DNA of 59,519 nucleotides from Tubiluchus corallicola (Eukaryota; Animalia; Priapulida): NCBI GenBank assembly GCA_030141605.1, contig JAQGDQ010001145.1:1-59519 (forward strand), read 5' to 3'. The notes beneath the pieces were generated by a model. The model worked only from the letters and a program-made list of their open reading frames with translations. It ran no database searches and was not told where the DNA came from. This document shows, piece after piece, positions 1-12,800 of the stretch (the first letter of the stretch is position 1; each line of letters begins with the position of its first letter). A program made the translations under genes and the position numbers.

Positions 1-90
1 TACAAACTGTACCGGCTTTCCCTACAAACTGCACCAGTTTTCCCTACAAACTGCACCGGTTTTCCCTACAAACTGCCCCGGTTTTCTCTA
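1..90. repeat. 22-bp tandem repeat (TACAAACTGCACCGGTTTTCCC), 4 copies, truncated by window edge
   Basis: Units read directly from the sequence. Confidence 0.9.
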
Positions 91-800
91 CTCTAGTTAT
101 GAACATGGCCTCTAACTGCAAGCTAATTATTTTCATCCAGGCTTCTTAAAATTCTTCTCGCGCGTTTTGTCTTGCCAGCATTGTATAAACTTCATCCCCA
201 TTATAAGCTTAGCACAGCAAATGTGCCAGAATCACATAATATCTTCCTCGATTGAATCCTCTGTGTACGTATATATACACCGCGTCTCAATTCATTGAAC
301 TGTGAAAGTTTAGGGATGATGAGAGAACAGTTAATATATCTGTATCATATGCACGAGTGATGATGTTTAATGTGTTCGGAGGAAAGGCGTACTCCAGGGA
401 ACACTTCTGGGACCAGTGTTTTATATGTGGAGATATCAGGTTGCATACTGTAGCTCCTATTGCCGCAGAACATTAATGTTATAAATGTGATGTTTAGCTT
501 AATAAAATAATTTTTGCAAAACTAATTTATACAAAGACAGAAAAGATTGATTGTATTATTTTAAATGAGAATAATTAAGCGTAATCTTATACTGCATGGC
601 TAAAAATATAATTATACATATTTACGTCGTTTTATTTTTGTTTGTAAATAACTGATTTATGTGCTAAATAAATAAAAATAAAAGTCAAATTTGCAATACA
701 TTGCGTAAAAACTTCTAATTATAATTCTAGTTTCTATTTTCATTTTCATATATTCTATTTTCATAATTTTATAAGATAAGATATTTAAACGGGTTACTTC

Positions 801-1104
801 CACGGCCTATTTCAGGGGGGGGAGTGGGGATACTTCCCCGGCCCTCACCCTCCAGGGGGCCTCGTGCCGAAGTGATTTGACTATTTGACAAGTATTAAGG
901 ACTGGTCTTGAGAATAAAGCAGTTTTTCTTTCAATTGTTCTTTCCTTTAACAACTGTATAACTCCATATTTTCTCTTCGAAGATGTTTCTCCGGCATTCT
1001 AGCAGTTCAAAAATTTTCTGGGCGCCAACTATGATGCCCCCCCTCCCGAGGAGGCCTCACACGCCCCACTTCCCCGGGCCTCGCTTAGGCTGAAATAGGC
1101 CCTG
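801..1104. mobile_element. hAT-type MITE, family A, complete copy
   Basis: TIRs CA(C/G)GGCCTATTTCAG / CTGAAATAGGCCCTG; perfect 8-bp TSD GTTACTTC (793-800, 1105-1112); related copies at 48619 and 32207. Confidence 0.9.
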
Positions 1105-1494
1105 GTTACTTCCACACGCCACCCTTTTATAGAACCGCCTGAAACGGTACATTAACGCATATAGATTTTTTCCTATTAACAAGCTGATTGTGAACACATA
1201 GTGGAAACTGTTTCATAACTAACCCCATTGTATGCGTGGCATTATACTCATCGGCGATATTTGTTCGTCAAATAAACTGGCTTCGTAGCAAATTTATTGT
1301 AACTCTTTCACTGTCTAAACTGTGCAGATTTGTCACAATTGTCGTCTGACAGGTGCAGATTTGATCATTCTGATCTGCACAATCACAATGTGAACAATAA
1401 TGATCTGGTTTGTCTTATTACAGTTGGCTTTTTGGAGTTTCTTGGTGTTTAATTAATAAATTTAAAGGTTTTCACTGAATTCGTACAACGACAA

Positions 1495-1602
1495 TGTAAC
1501 GGATAAGTGGGATCGGCGCCTGGAAAGGACCCGGATCCGTTACACTGGTGTCAGAAGTGGGATCCGGAATTGCCGCCTGGAAAGGAACCCAGATCCGTTA
1601 CA
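1495..1602 (+). mobile_element. Miniature LTR/TRIM-like element with tRNA-Leu primer-binding site
   Basis: 50-bp TG..CA unit with terminal inverted repeat TGTAACGGAT/ATCCGTTACA (1495-1544), then TGGTGTCAGAAGTGGGAT (1546-1563), then a second partial unit ending ATCCGTTACA. Confidence 0.65.
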
Positions 1603-1694
1603 ATAACATAATAGAATTCAGACATTTAGCTGCGTAAGGTTTATATAACGTAAAGAGAACCTTTTCTAGTTTTGAAAAAAATCACAGAGAGATG

Positions 1695-2165
1695 CCTACT
1701 GCGATTGCGATACTCGACTCTCTCCACCTATCAGAGGCGGGCACCTTTATAGGGTGCAAAGTCTATTCTTCTATAACGCTGATCTTTTATTTGTCTTTTC
1801 CAAGTTTAATGTCTTTATTTGTCTTTATCCTACATTCCATGCATTCGTTCACTAGATTTCTAATTTCTAGCAATCCTTCCTTTTCACTGTTCATTAATAT
1901 ATCTGAGTTCAAAATTTTTTCCATTCTCCATATGTGTCACATTTAAGCATATGTTCAGTAGTGTCATCATCTTCCCCACACACTGGGCATAATAACTGAT
2001 CCTTAAACTCATTCTTGTAGTTCCCTTTAACTTTAATCATATTCAGTCTTATTTTCAATATATCTTTAACCTCTTCTGGCTTGCATGTGTCTATGTAATT
2101 TTGTCGTTTCCACTCGGTATGCCTTAAAAATCTTAATTTAGTGCTGCTTTTTCTGCACATTTATT
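1695..2165 (-). mobile_element. Non-LTR retrotransposon 3' fragment (ORF2 C-terminal CCHC zinc knuckle plus 3' UTR)
   Basis: Translation KIRLNMIKVKGNYK...CPVCGEDDDTTEHMLKC; near-identical copy in opposite orientation at 45560-46160. Confidence 0.8.
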
Positions 2166-3245
2166 CTTGCTACTGATGCAAACGACGGATTGTCTAGCTG
2201 TTAGCACAGTTTAACATTTTTAAATTTTTGAGAATAAATAATAAAACGAATCAATTTATTTCTGATTGGATTCGTTACACTGTAAGCGTGAAATCAAATT
2301 CCATAAGCTTAAACTAATATTCCTAAAACAACTAATGGAAAACCTTGATTATAAACTCAATTACCGCCATTCATTCATATTTCTATGTTGCTTATGTTGG
2401 CCGATTTAGACGTTTCTTAATAAGTTGTAAATTATTCTTTTCAAAAATTCCTTTTATAGTTTTTCTGTATTGCAAAAAGATAGATGGATGAGTTAGCCAG
2501 GATTTTAATAATTTGTTTGAATACAAAAAATTCAGGAAAATTATCATTTGAGGAAAGACTATTTTTTATAAGTGTAATACGTGAGATTTTTTTTTGTAAA
2601 CTTACGGATGCAGATACATTTGGTTAGAAAAAGTAATAGCAGAGCTGTAGTTCACTAAACGAAGCTATTAGAAGAGATCGCTAAGCCAGATTTTTGCACA
2701 GAATCGCTCGATCAAGAAATCAATTCTCATATATTGCAAGTGACGTATTAAGTTACGTGATACAGATTCTGTCTCTTGCTGTCTGTACTACACTGCTGGT
2801 TATTGCTCTCTATTTCTGTGAGAACAGCATCTACAGGCTAATTCAAAATTACAGGTATTCAAAGGTATGATAGGTCAGTAATTACAGAGTGTCTAAGTTT
2901 TGGATAGAAAAATAACGTTGACGGTTGTTATAAGCAACTATGACAAGTCGTTTTTTGTTCTACGTGTGAACACACGCGGTGAAATGTAACTACGTGTGAA
3001 CACACGCGGTGAAATTTAGAAGAACTTTATAAAGCTTTCTTAAATTTTACAAGCACTTGTGACAAGTTTTGGCTTTGTGGGCGAATCTTTGCTATATTGC
3101 CTACAAATTGACACGTTTTTCAGGTTCATCTTTGTTGAGAACGTTTGTTCGGCATTTTTAGATTTTTACAAGGAAGGACTTCAATATTTCTTTCTATGAT
3201 AAATAATAGTGATTATGATAATGATAAGTAATCTTCTTATATTAA

Positions 3246-3928
3246 GGAACAGTGGAAACTTGTGGTAAACACTGTGTTTTGCAAGCAGTTATAAATCTTG
3301 CAGCTCGGTAAAACCCTCCACTTGCATAAAATATTCGTGTTGAAATTTTATACTGCCTTTTACACACAGGGCTTGAGTCAGCAGTAACGCTGTATAAAAC
3401 ATGTAAATTTAAACTCCCGCGATGACCGTTAGGCGCAGCCATTTTGATGGTGGGTCGTTTGAAACAAGTTTTGATAACATTGAGTAAAGTTTGAAAAAAT
3501 AATCAGAGCATTCGTAGCACACATGTTGCTAACTAAGTAAATTATTAACTGTATCTTTTCAATGAGATTAAGAATACCTTTCTGGTTAGTGAGTGGCGCA
3601 CCCTGGAGGGTGAGCCAATGACATTCTACCAATTTTAAATTATTATTTCTAATTACGTAAGTCTTTCAAGCAGATAAGCGAAATGCTAAGCAATATAGAT
3701 TTGCATGGAAAGTTTTTTGGGATATAATTTAACATCGCATTTTCTTCCCCTGATTTACATTGTGCGTAAGTGACGTCATGTAATGGCGCCGTCGGAAAAT
3801 AAAAACAAACAAAAATTCGTTTTAACGCGAGTACGATATGCATAAAACTGCTGTGAAGTGATATAATTTCTTTAATTTCTTAAAGCGATTTTTCTAAAAC
3901 CTACTTCAAGTACCCCTTTTCTTATCCG
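3246..3928. mobile_element. Kolobok-like non-autonomous element, family B, diverged copy
   Basis: Long internal similarity to 10038-10722 (inverted) and 43353-44003; left end follows TTAA but differs from the other copies; right end eroded. Confidence 0.7.
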
Positions 3929-4089
3929 TATTCGTACATAAAACGTACGTTAATTATAACTACTATTTTTGAACATAAATAAATCATCATACGTCGAATT
4001 ACGAAACGTAGAAATATAATTATTCCAGGCAAAAAGTATGTCCAGTATTTTAGTCTGATTGTGGCGTGTGTTGGCGTACGAGTCTTTAA

Positions 4090-4534
4090 CCCTTTCAGTC
4101 CCAAATTATTTTTTTAATAATGAAAATTTTTGGCTTGGTACGTTTGTTCAGTATGTCCATCTTGTTTACACATAATAATTATTTTTTTCTACCTGTGCCC
4201 GCGTACTAAATATAGCCTGTATCCCACGGGATACATTGGGATTCAATGGAAGCATAAAATGTGCTTCATTTTGCAACTGCTGATAATTTTTTAAAGTATT
4301 TACGACATTTAGTATGCATGCTATGCTGATCTGTACAAAGTCGTCTCTAAAGTACTGTACCTTACGCAGTTTTTTGGCCTATGTAGATTTTTTACTTTGC
4401 CATTTTATCACCATTTTTAGTCTATTGTTATTGTAACTATCAACAGCTCAAATAACTATCAGTTTTGAAATTTTATTAATTTTAAAGGCAGAAAATATTC
4501 TCGTATCCCACGGAATACAACGGGTATGAAAGGG
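4090..4534. mobile_element. piggyBac-like MITE, family C
   Basis: TTAA|CCCTTTCA ... TGAAAGGG|TTAA; inverted second copy at 54793-55252. Confidence 0.9.
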
Positions 4535-5275
4535 TTAATTGAAAAACATTAATCTAATTATTTTACCTTTTTATCTCTAATTCTGCACCTTTTTTCTTAT
4601 TCTTTTACTTACAGGCTGAAATACGCAAGAAGCCCCGCAACTCTTAATTAATCGGCAGGCAGGCGAGCACCTTTGATAACCTCACTTTAAATATTTTATG
4701 AAAAGCAAATATTCTAAGCGTGCGAAGTTTATGAATATGTAATAATATTGGCACTGTATTGCTAACACGCGTCGCCTGTTTAACCCTCGTGTCATCATGA
4801 CAAGAGAACATTCATATTTGATGTTGTGTACACAAAGTACGCATGCACTGAGATTGTCTGTGAGTAAAATACGTCTTTTATTGCGCATTTTCAGGATCAT
4901 ACAAGCGGCACGATCAAAAGTTGACCAGGTGTTATTTTGTCCAGAAATTCCCGGATGACCAAATTGTATTACTATAATGTATACGCTCAAACCAATGTTG
5001 CGTTACCATATCTATGTTAGTTTATTTTGCAAAAAATACAAATTTTCTGTAGTCTACAATTACTACCTCTACAAAAACAACTGAAATAAGTGCTACAGAT
5101 TACTACGTTACACTAAAAAGCTAAAATGTATACATACATTGTTGGTCCAATATTGAGTCGAGAAAAAGCCAGAATGTCAGTAAAAGGTAGCAGTATAATT
5201 ATAAGTCAAATTTTAAATGTAACAGAGACGTGTGTACATAACAAGTTCCACCTATACAATGTCAGAGTAGAAAAA

Positions 5276-5415
5276 GTAGTCTAGCTTGTTGAACTAAAGT
5301 CTAATATATTGTGGCTTCTAATGCATATACTACCTTGGGAAGGGGTAGTCTAGCTTGTTGAACTACAGTCTAATATATTGTGGCTTCTAATGCATATACT
5401 ACCTTGGGAAGGGGT
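5276..5415. repeat. ~68-bp tandem duplication
   Basis: GTAGTCTAGCTTGTTGAACTA...TACCTTGGGAAGGGG occurs twice. Confidence 0.85.
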
Positions 5416-6230
5416 AATGGACCAAAACATTTCTACCTGCAACAGTTGCCCTAGAGCCTATTTTTCCAGTTGCTTTCCAGAGCTGACGCGCCAGAAATAT
5501 TTAATTTTGTATCTTCCACAAATCTGCTTAGAAACAACTTATAAAGGTCTAGAACATCATATTTGCAATTTATTATTAAACGAACTATTTTTCCTTACTT
5601 TTATCTGTTCTTGTAAAAAGATATCAAATAATATTTGGCTTCAATTGAAGATTATTGAATATTGATTTGGCTTCAATTGAAGATTATTGAATATTGATTT
5701 GGCTTCAATGTTCAACAGTAGTATACGAAAAGTCAAAGCTGGGGCCAAAGGCAAGTGAATTTCTCTAAACTAATTTTATTATTATGAGTTTATTTCGTAT
5801 AAAAATATACAGCTTACAAAGATAAAGATGTTAGTAAAACAGGTAATGCGATGTTAGTAAAGTAACATATCTACAGACATTCAACTTTATAATAACCACA
5901 CATTTCAGTACCCTTCTAATACATTGTTGTATACATTACAGTATACAGTGTTGTAAGAAGCTATAATAGGTATCTTAAAACTTTGTAATTAACCTTTGTA
6001 TCACTTTAACCTGAAACGCGTTTTAATGCTAACGAATGGCATTAAGTCTGGAACTGTAAATTTCGTGACCCGGGTTCAAACACCGGGCGATGCTTTTTCA
6101 GTATTACAACTAACCATTCTTTTTTGTTAAAACGCCGTTAAGATACATTAAAGCATAAAGTTGCTTTAAAAATATTTACAAAAGTCTAAGAACATCAAAA
6201 TGGAATTTATTGCAGACCGGTTTCAAACAA

Positions 6231-6595
6231 ACTGTTCATTGTCATCGTTCATTGTTCATTGTCAACTGTTCAACTGTTCAACTGTTCATTGTCATTGTCA
6301 TTGTTCATTGTTCATTGTTCAACTGTTCATTGTCATTGTTCATTATTCATTGTCAACTGTTCATTGTCATTGTTCATTGTCAACTGTTCAACTGTTCATT
6401 GTCATTGTTTATTGTTCATTGTCAATTGTTCAACTGTTCATTGTCATTGTTCATTATTCATTGTCAACTGTTCAACTGTTCATTGTCATTGTTCATTGTT
6501 CATTGTCATTGTTCATTGTTCATTGTTCATTATTCATTGTCAACTGTTCAACTGTTCATGGTCAAACTGTTCATTGTTCAACTGTTAATTGTCAA
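6231..6595. repeat. Degenerate TTCATTG/TCAACTG-based minisatellite
   Basis: Short-period repeats; explains the three overlapping low-complexity ORFs. Confidence 0.9.
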
Positions 6596-7033
6596 AGCAT
6601 CTAAAACAAACAAATTTACAGGAATTTAGAAACAACATCGAAATACAATTCATTAGTCAGATAGTCAAAACATATTTGATATCATTTAACAATTTACCTT
6701 ACATATTACATATCTTGATTGGTATGAAACTAGGCTACACTCCACAAACATATAAACAACTACGTTATTAGTAACAGAACCGGTAATAATAGGGAGCTGC
6801 CATTTTGTTGCTGAATTCCACAAAACACGGTGCACCGTTCGTGTTGTTTATTGGTCGACAATAATTTCAATTTTCTAGTTACATCTATTTGCCAAATATG
6901 CATAATTAAAGTCTAAGAAAATGTCATCGAATTTTTAAATTTTTATGAGTTGCTGAAAATGTGCACGCGGGAATTTATAATTATGAATATTAACGTTATG
7001 AAAGCGATACTGCAGATTTTTCTGTCTTTCTAC

Positions 7034-7411
7034 GAGGGGTGAGCATTCTCTACCAGAAAGCGAATTCGAATCGAACCGAACTTCAGTGTTTCGAATTCGA
7101 ACCGAATTCGAATTGATATCGAAAGATTTTCGAACAAGTTTTCGAACCACCAGCAAAAATTAGACTTACAAAGATCATGCATCTCACTAGATTTTGTTCT
7201 ACAATAAAACGACTAGTAATTTCTTTCCAATTGTGCGTAGAAATCACAGCTAAATTATGTTAATTGCATGATGTTTCAATTGTTTTAGTGATAAAGAACG
7301 TATGTGATTGAAGTGCTGAATTACTCGAATCTATAGTTTTGGATTCGAATCGAGTTCGAAGTAAAAAAAAACTCGTTGGAATCGAATTCGAGCGTTCGAT
7401 GCTCACCCCTA
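7034..7411. mobile_element. hAT-type MITE, family D
   Basis: TIRs (T/G)AGGGGTGAGCAT / ATGCTCACCCCTA; 8-bp TSD CTTTCTAC (7026-7033, 7412-7419); TTCGAA subterminal motifs; second copy at 50515-50893. Confidence 0.9.
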
Positions 7412-8537
7412 CTTTCTACAGCAGCGTGGCAGTAAGAAGTATAAAAAGACGAGGCTTCATTCAGAAATCCATCGAAGAAAAACTTCGTTTTTACGTCTTA
7501 TGGCGGCGAGATCTGTTTGATGTCAAACAATTACATTAATGACAAACAATACAAGAACCATTAGTGCCTGTCTTAGAGCCTAAAAGGAGGCTTCTTTAAA
7601 AACGGGTAGCCAGCAAAGTCGCACAAATTCAATATTAAAAGCGAAGCAAATGTCATCGAGCCGCAGCCAAATTCTATTTAATAACATATTGATCTCAATG
7701 TATGAGGGTTTGCTCGTGTTATTATTAACTCGTATGCTTTTAATGGACCACCCTGTACTACATCCCAGCAAAGGAGACAACCAATGTCGGCCATTTTCTA
7801 TTCAAATATTATTTCTTCTCGTGTTTCGGATTTTAAGCAAAAATCTCTCTTCGCCAAACCAACAGAGACCTTTCTTCAGTCAGAGACGACATTTTTACCT
7901 GATAGGTAAGTGCAGAATAGAGAGAGGGGAATACCACGTGATTGAACTGAGTAAAACCAGGAAATAAATGTAATTCCCGGTAGATGAGGATGTCCTTCCG
8001 GTTGAAGTAAAGGTAACAATAACTGCGCGTGAGAATAAAAAACAGAACCAGGCTTTATAACGTGTAATAGAGAAACATATTGTATATTGAAAACAATACT
8101 TTAGAATTTAGAATACATTTTCTAAACAATAGATTTAGAAAATTAGAATTTTCTAATTCTAATTTAGAATTTAGTTACATTTTCATGTTACTAATGGGTA
8201 AAAATTCACTAAAATCTCTTTGTTCTACGTACCAAGCTGTTTGACATTTAACTTAAATTTGAATTTGAATTGAAATATTCCCGCTTTAGTAATTAAAATA
8301 ATACGGTGAGAATTTAAAACTTTCAGTAAAATAAGAAAACAGAATGGAATGCTCATGTAACAGAATTTACTGCCGAGAATTCTGTTTGCCCTACCCCTTT
8401 AGCGTGTTTCATCTAAGCGCGTATAATCCGTGCAGTTTTCATTCATGACTCAGCGGCTGGTATTAGTTTGCCGTGCAATTCGCATTAAATACAGCATAAT
8501 TGAATTACATCTTAAAAATGAAAGTTTAGAGAACCAT

Positions 8538-8830
8538 CCTTTTTCTTTTCTTCTTTTCTTTTTTCTTCTTTTACTTTACTTTATTTTTTCTCATTTTTTC
8601 TCCTCCTTCTTTTGTTTTCAATTTTCGTTCTTTTCCTTTTCCTTTCTTTTTTCTTCTTTTACTTTACTTTATTTTTCTCATTTTCCCCCCTCCTTTCTTT
8701 TGTTTTCAATTTTCCTTCTTTTTCTTTTCCTTTCCTTTTTCTTCTTTTACTTTACTTTATTTTTCTCTCATTTTTCTCCTTTCCTTTGTTTTTAATTTTA
8801 TATCTTTTTTTCTTTTTTATTTTTATTTCT
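8538..8830. repeat. Pyrimidine-rich low-complexity repeat with ~90-bp higher-order units
   Basis: TTCTTTTACTTTACTTTATTTTT repeated three times in a T/C tract. Confidence 0.8.
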
Positions 8831-9149
8831 GTGTTTTGTATAGCTACTTCTGATAAATACGTATTGACACGCAGCGAACTAAAATATATAACAAAATAAG
8901 GCAGCGTAAAACCTTCTCTTCTGAGATTCTTTCTTGAGAAATTTCTTTTTTTTTCTCTGTTAATTTTCATATTCATTTTGATGAGCAGTGGATGTGGCAT
9001 AAACTACACAGGATGCTGAACTGTATTGTGTCTTACACATGATTTAACACGGTCCTTAAATCATGATACTATTATAACGTAAAATAAATTTAATTATGTT
9101 GCTAACTGTAAAATATTCTAATGCATACATGACTTTATATTACGTACTA

Positions 9150-9678
9150 AACGCTTCCAGTAGTTTCTATCTGATATAAAATGCATCATTCTTAAATAAT
9201 TGTACATTAATATTTACTAACCGTCATTTTCTACTAATATCTAATGTAATCTTGTAGTAAAACTTGTCTGCTTGTGTAGTTATAGTCAATTCTTAATGTA
9301 AATGTTACTAATGTCTAATGTAATCTTGTATTTGTGTTGTGTGTTTGTTTTTTGTTGTTTTTTGTAATCTTGTAGTAAAACTTGTCAGCTTGTGTAGTTA
9401 TAGTCTATTCTTACTGTAAATGTTACTAATGTCTAATGTAATCTTGTAGTAAAACTTGTCAGCTTGTGTAGTTATAGTCAATTCTTACTGTAAATGTTAC
9501 TAATGTCTAATGTAATCTTGTAGTAAAACTTGTCAGCTTGTGTAGTTATAGTCTATTCTTACTGTAAATGTTTTTGTAAATAGTGTATAAAGTCTGTTGT
9601 GGTGAAGATCCTAAATCATGTTGTTTAAACTATCTCATCCAATCCAAAATAAATTATGTTTAAACTAAACTAAAATAA
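9150..9678 (+). mobile_element. Interspersed repeat (probable LINE 3' end) containing a 74-bp tandem array
   Basis: Second copy at 33649-34052 shares flanks and the 74-bp unit; ends in AATAAA and an (AAACT)n-like tail. Confidence 0.65.
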
Positions 9679-10037
9679 AGATGCATTGTACATTTTCAAA
9701 CACTGCAAAACTCTTAAATTTTCTCGTAACAAATTTTCTATATCTATTTTTTTATTTTTGGATGTTTTCTGTTTTTGTTTTTAATTTTGTTGTTGTTGTT
9801 TTTCTGATCAACTAAATTATTTTTAGCATTTTTAGGATAGTTGAAACCAAGTTTGATTTTGAGGCAGAACATTTCCGAAATTGTAAATTCAAAACGAGGC
9901 TTAACAAGCCATTCTACATCTGTCAATAAATCCCAAAAACTGGCAAAAGGACTTCGATTTCGTTACACAACATTCAAATCTGTCGAGTCAAGAGATTCTA
10001 CCAAAACAGAAGCCATTTCTTCTACAGTGTTCGTTAA

Positions 10038-10722
10038 AGGACAAGAAAAGGGGTACCTGAAGTAGGTTTAAGAAAAATCGCCTTAAAAAATTATTTTACT
10101 TTATAGCAATTTTATGCGTATATCGTACTCGCGTTGAAAGGAATTTTAGTTTGTTTTCATTTTAAATCTCCCGCAATACTGTTCCGAAGTCGCCATTACA
10201 TGACGTCACTTACGCAAACGTAAATCAGGGGAAGAAAAGGAAATGTTAAATTATGTCACAAAAGACTTAACATGAAAATCTATATTATTTAGCATTTCGC
10301 TTACCTGCTAGAAAGAGTTACCTAACTAAAAAAGAAAATTATTAATAATTTAAAATGGTTGTGCCAATTGGTAAAATGTCGCTGACTCACCCTCCAGGGT
10401 GCGCCACTCACTAACCAAAAAACGTATTTTTAATCTTATTGACAAGATACAGTAATTTTTAATTTTATTTGGTTAGTGACTTGTGCGCTACGAATGCTAT
10501 CATTATTTTTTCAAACTTTACAAAATGTTATCTAAACTTGTTTCAAATGACCTGTCGTGAAAATGGCTGCGCCTAACGGTCATCACGGGAGTTTAAATTT
10601 GCATGTTTTATACAGCGTTACTGCCGATGCAAGCCCTGCATGCAAAAAGGCAGTAGGTAAGCGAATATAAAATTTCAAAACGAATTTTTAAGCTTTATGT
10701 TTATGAAGGGTTTTCTTGTGCT
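10038..10722. mobile_element. Kolobok-like non-autonomous DNA transposon, family B, complete copy
   Basis: TTAA|AGGACAAGAAAA ... TTTTCTTGTGCT|TTAA; TTAA TSD with AG..CT termini. Confidence 0.75.
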
Positions 10723-11340
10723 TTAAGGAGCATAGTGTGTAAATTTCAAAAAGGATTTATTTTACATAATGTGCCGAGAGTTTATTATTTTTACTGCTCC
10801 TTAGGCCAGCCCTTTCAAACGAGAAGCTTCACTCGAAGCCAGATTCATGTACAAGCGTCCTGTACCCGATGATGAAAGTGTAAATACAGCCGTATCGACA
10901 AACGCATATGCAGACTATAATCTTTTATTGGAGATTCTGTAGATACACCTGCAATCTTGTTTTGTACACCTGTATAGTTGTGAAGGAAATATAGCCTACT
11001 CGGGGGGATGAATTCATCAGCCTCTCTCTCTGTGTGTGTGTGTGTGTACACTCACTGAAATAACACTCCGTCTACTGTAGCGCTTACTGTACGCTGATGA
11101 TGAGAGATTGTTAATTAATATTAATGAAGTTTTCAATGTGTTTTTCCCGCGTATAAATCAGTATTAAACGAGAGAGCAAGAGCTGCTGTTTAAAAGCAAA
11201 AATTTGTGCAGCATGTAAGGCAGAAAAATGGAAGAAAGCCAGTTAATGTTTGCGATATTTTAGCATATATTTTTTTATATTTAATCTTCATTCAAACTGC
11301 ACTTTACATTCAAATTTATGAATATCGTAAAGTGCAGGAA

Positions 11341-11648
11341 ATTTATTGCACACAAACGTAATGATTGCACAGACAAAACACCCTGAATCTTGTATCTATT
11401 TCTTCATTTTCATAACGCCAAGAAATGTAAACAAACCTATTTGAATTGAATCTTAATATCTTAATCATTTTTTCAATTTCATATTTGTTGTCATTTATTG
11501 CACACAAGCGTAATGATTGCACAGACAAAACACCCAGAATCTTGTATCTATTTCTTCACTTTCTTAACTTCAAGAAATATAAACAAACCTATTTGAATTT
11601 AATCGTGATACCTTAATCATTTTTTCAAATTCGTATTTGTTGTCATTA
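11341..11648. repeat. 153-bp tandem duplication
   Basis: ATTTATTGCACACAA starts at 11341 and 11494. Confidence 0.85.
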
Positions 11649-12516
11649 ACACTGCAAGGGACTTTATTTTCTCCAAAACACAAAATCTAAAAAAACCGAT
11701 TTCTTAGTAAGAGACAAAGGTTTCAATACTTAAACCCTAATTCTAATATCATTCCTATTACAAAGCTTCATTGTTATATAGACTAGTTTTAATCACAGCG
11801 CTCTGTATACAAAATTCATATCAACACTATATCTAGTAGTAAAACAAACGGGTTCTATACATAATATTATCGTTATTATCTACACAAGTGTAATTTACAA
11901 TAAGTTGTACGTAGCGTTAAATTATATCGAAAAAATATGTGAAGTAAAATATTCTTTAATAGCCTCGATAAATGTAAAGCCATTGTCGAAAATTAACAGG
12001 TGGTAGAAATATTCATTTTACTTCAAACGCATAATGTTAATACGCACACTACCAGTTCATTCCTACTTGTGGCTTACGAAGTAAAAAGCTTAAAATTAAC
12101 AATGTCATTCATTGGTTCAGTTTTGTAATTAAACCAGAAACAAACTCAGAAATTTAATATTAATCTAACCAAACAGGTATTGTGTTTGTCTCAGAAGGAA
12201 TCTCGCTAGACATTAATATATAATGCAAAGATTCCCCCCGAAACCGTCAATATTTTATACAGTTACAGTATAAACAGAAAGAATTTTCCGACATTCAATA
12301 TTGCACTTTTTGCAGACGCAAAATTCCACAGGTTTACTAGTGACAAATTTGCAGATTACGCCACACTTTAACGTGCATCAACATGGGGTGGATTTAAAAG
12401 AAATAAAACGAATATTTTAATAATAAACCGTAAAATTTAGTCAACAGTTACCGCTAGCTAAATTTACAATGCGAGCTGTAAAAATTCTAGCGTTGCCAAA
12501 AATATTCGCAGCTTGT

Positions 12517-12800
12517 GTTGAATATCGAATAATTATGAGTTGAATATCGAATAATTATGAGTTGAATATTGAACAATTTTGAGATGAATATCGAATAATT
12601 ATGAGTTGAGTATTGAATAATTTTGAGATGAATATCGAATAATTATGAGTTGAATATTGAATAATTTTGAGGTGAATATCGAATAATTATGAGTTGAATA
12701 TTGAATAATTTTGAGATGAATATCGAATAATTATGAGTTGAATATTGAATAATTTTGAGATGAATATTAAATAATTTTAAACTGAAAACTAAATAATTTT
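12517..12800. repeat. 20-bp minisatellite (GTTGAATATCGAATAATTAT-like)
   Basis: About 13 units with alternating variants. Confidence 0.9.

Noticed and set aside
6039-6098. tRNA-Tyr-like sequence (CTGTAAA loop, GGTTCAAA, T-run)
   Set aside because: No D-arm/A box, mismatched T stem and poor acceptor stem; at most a degenerate SINE head or pseudogene.
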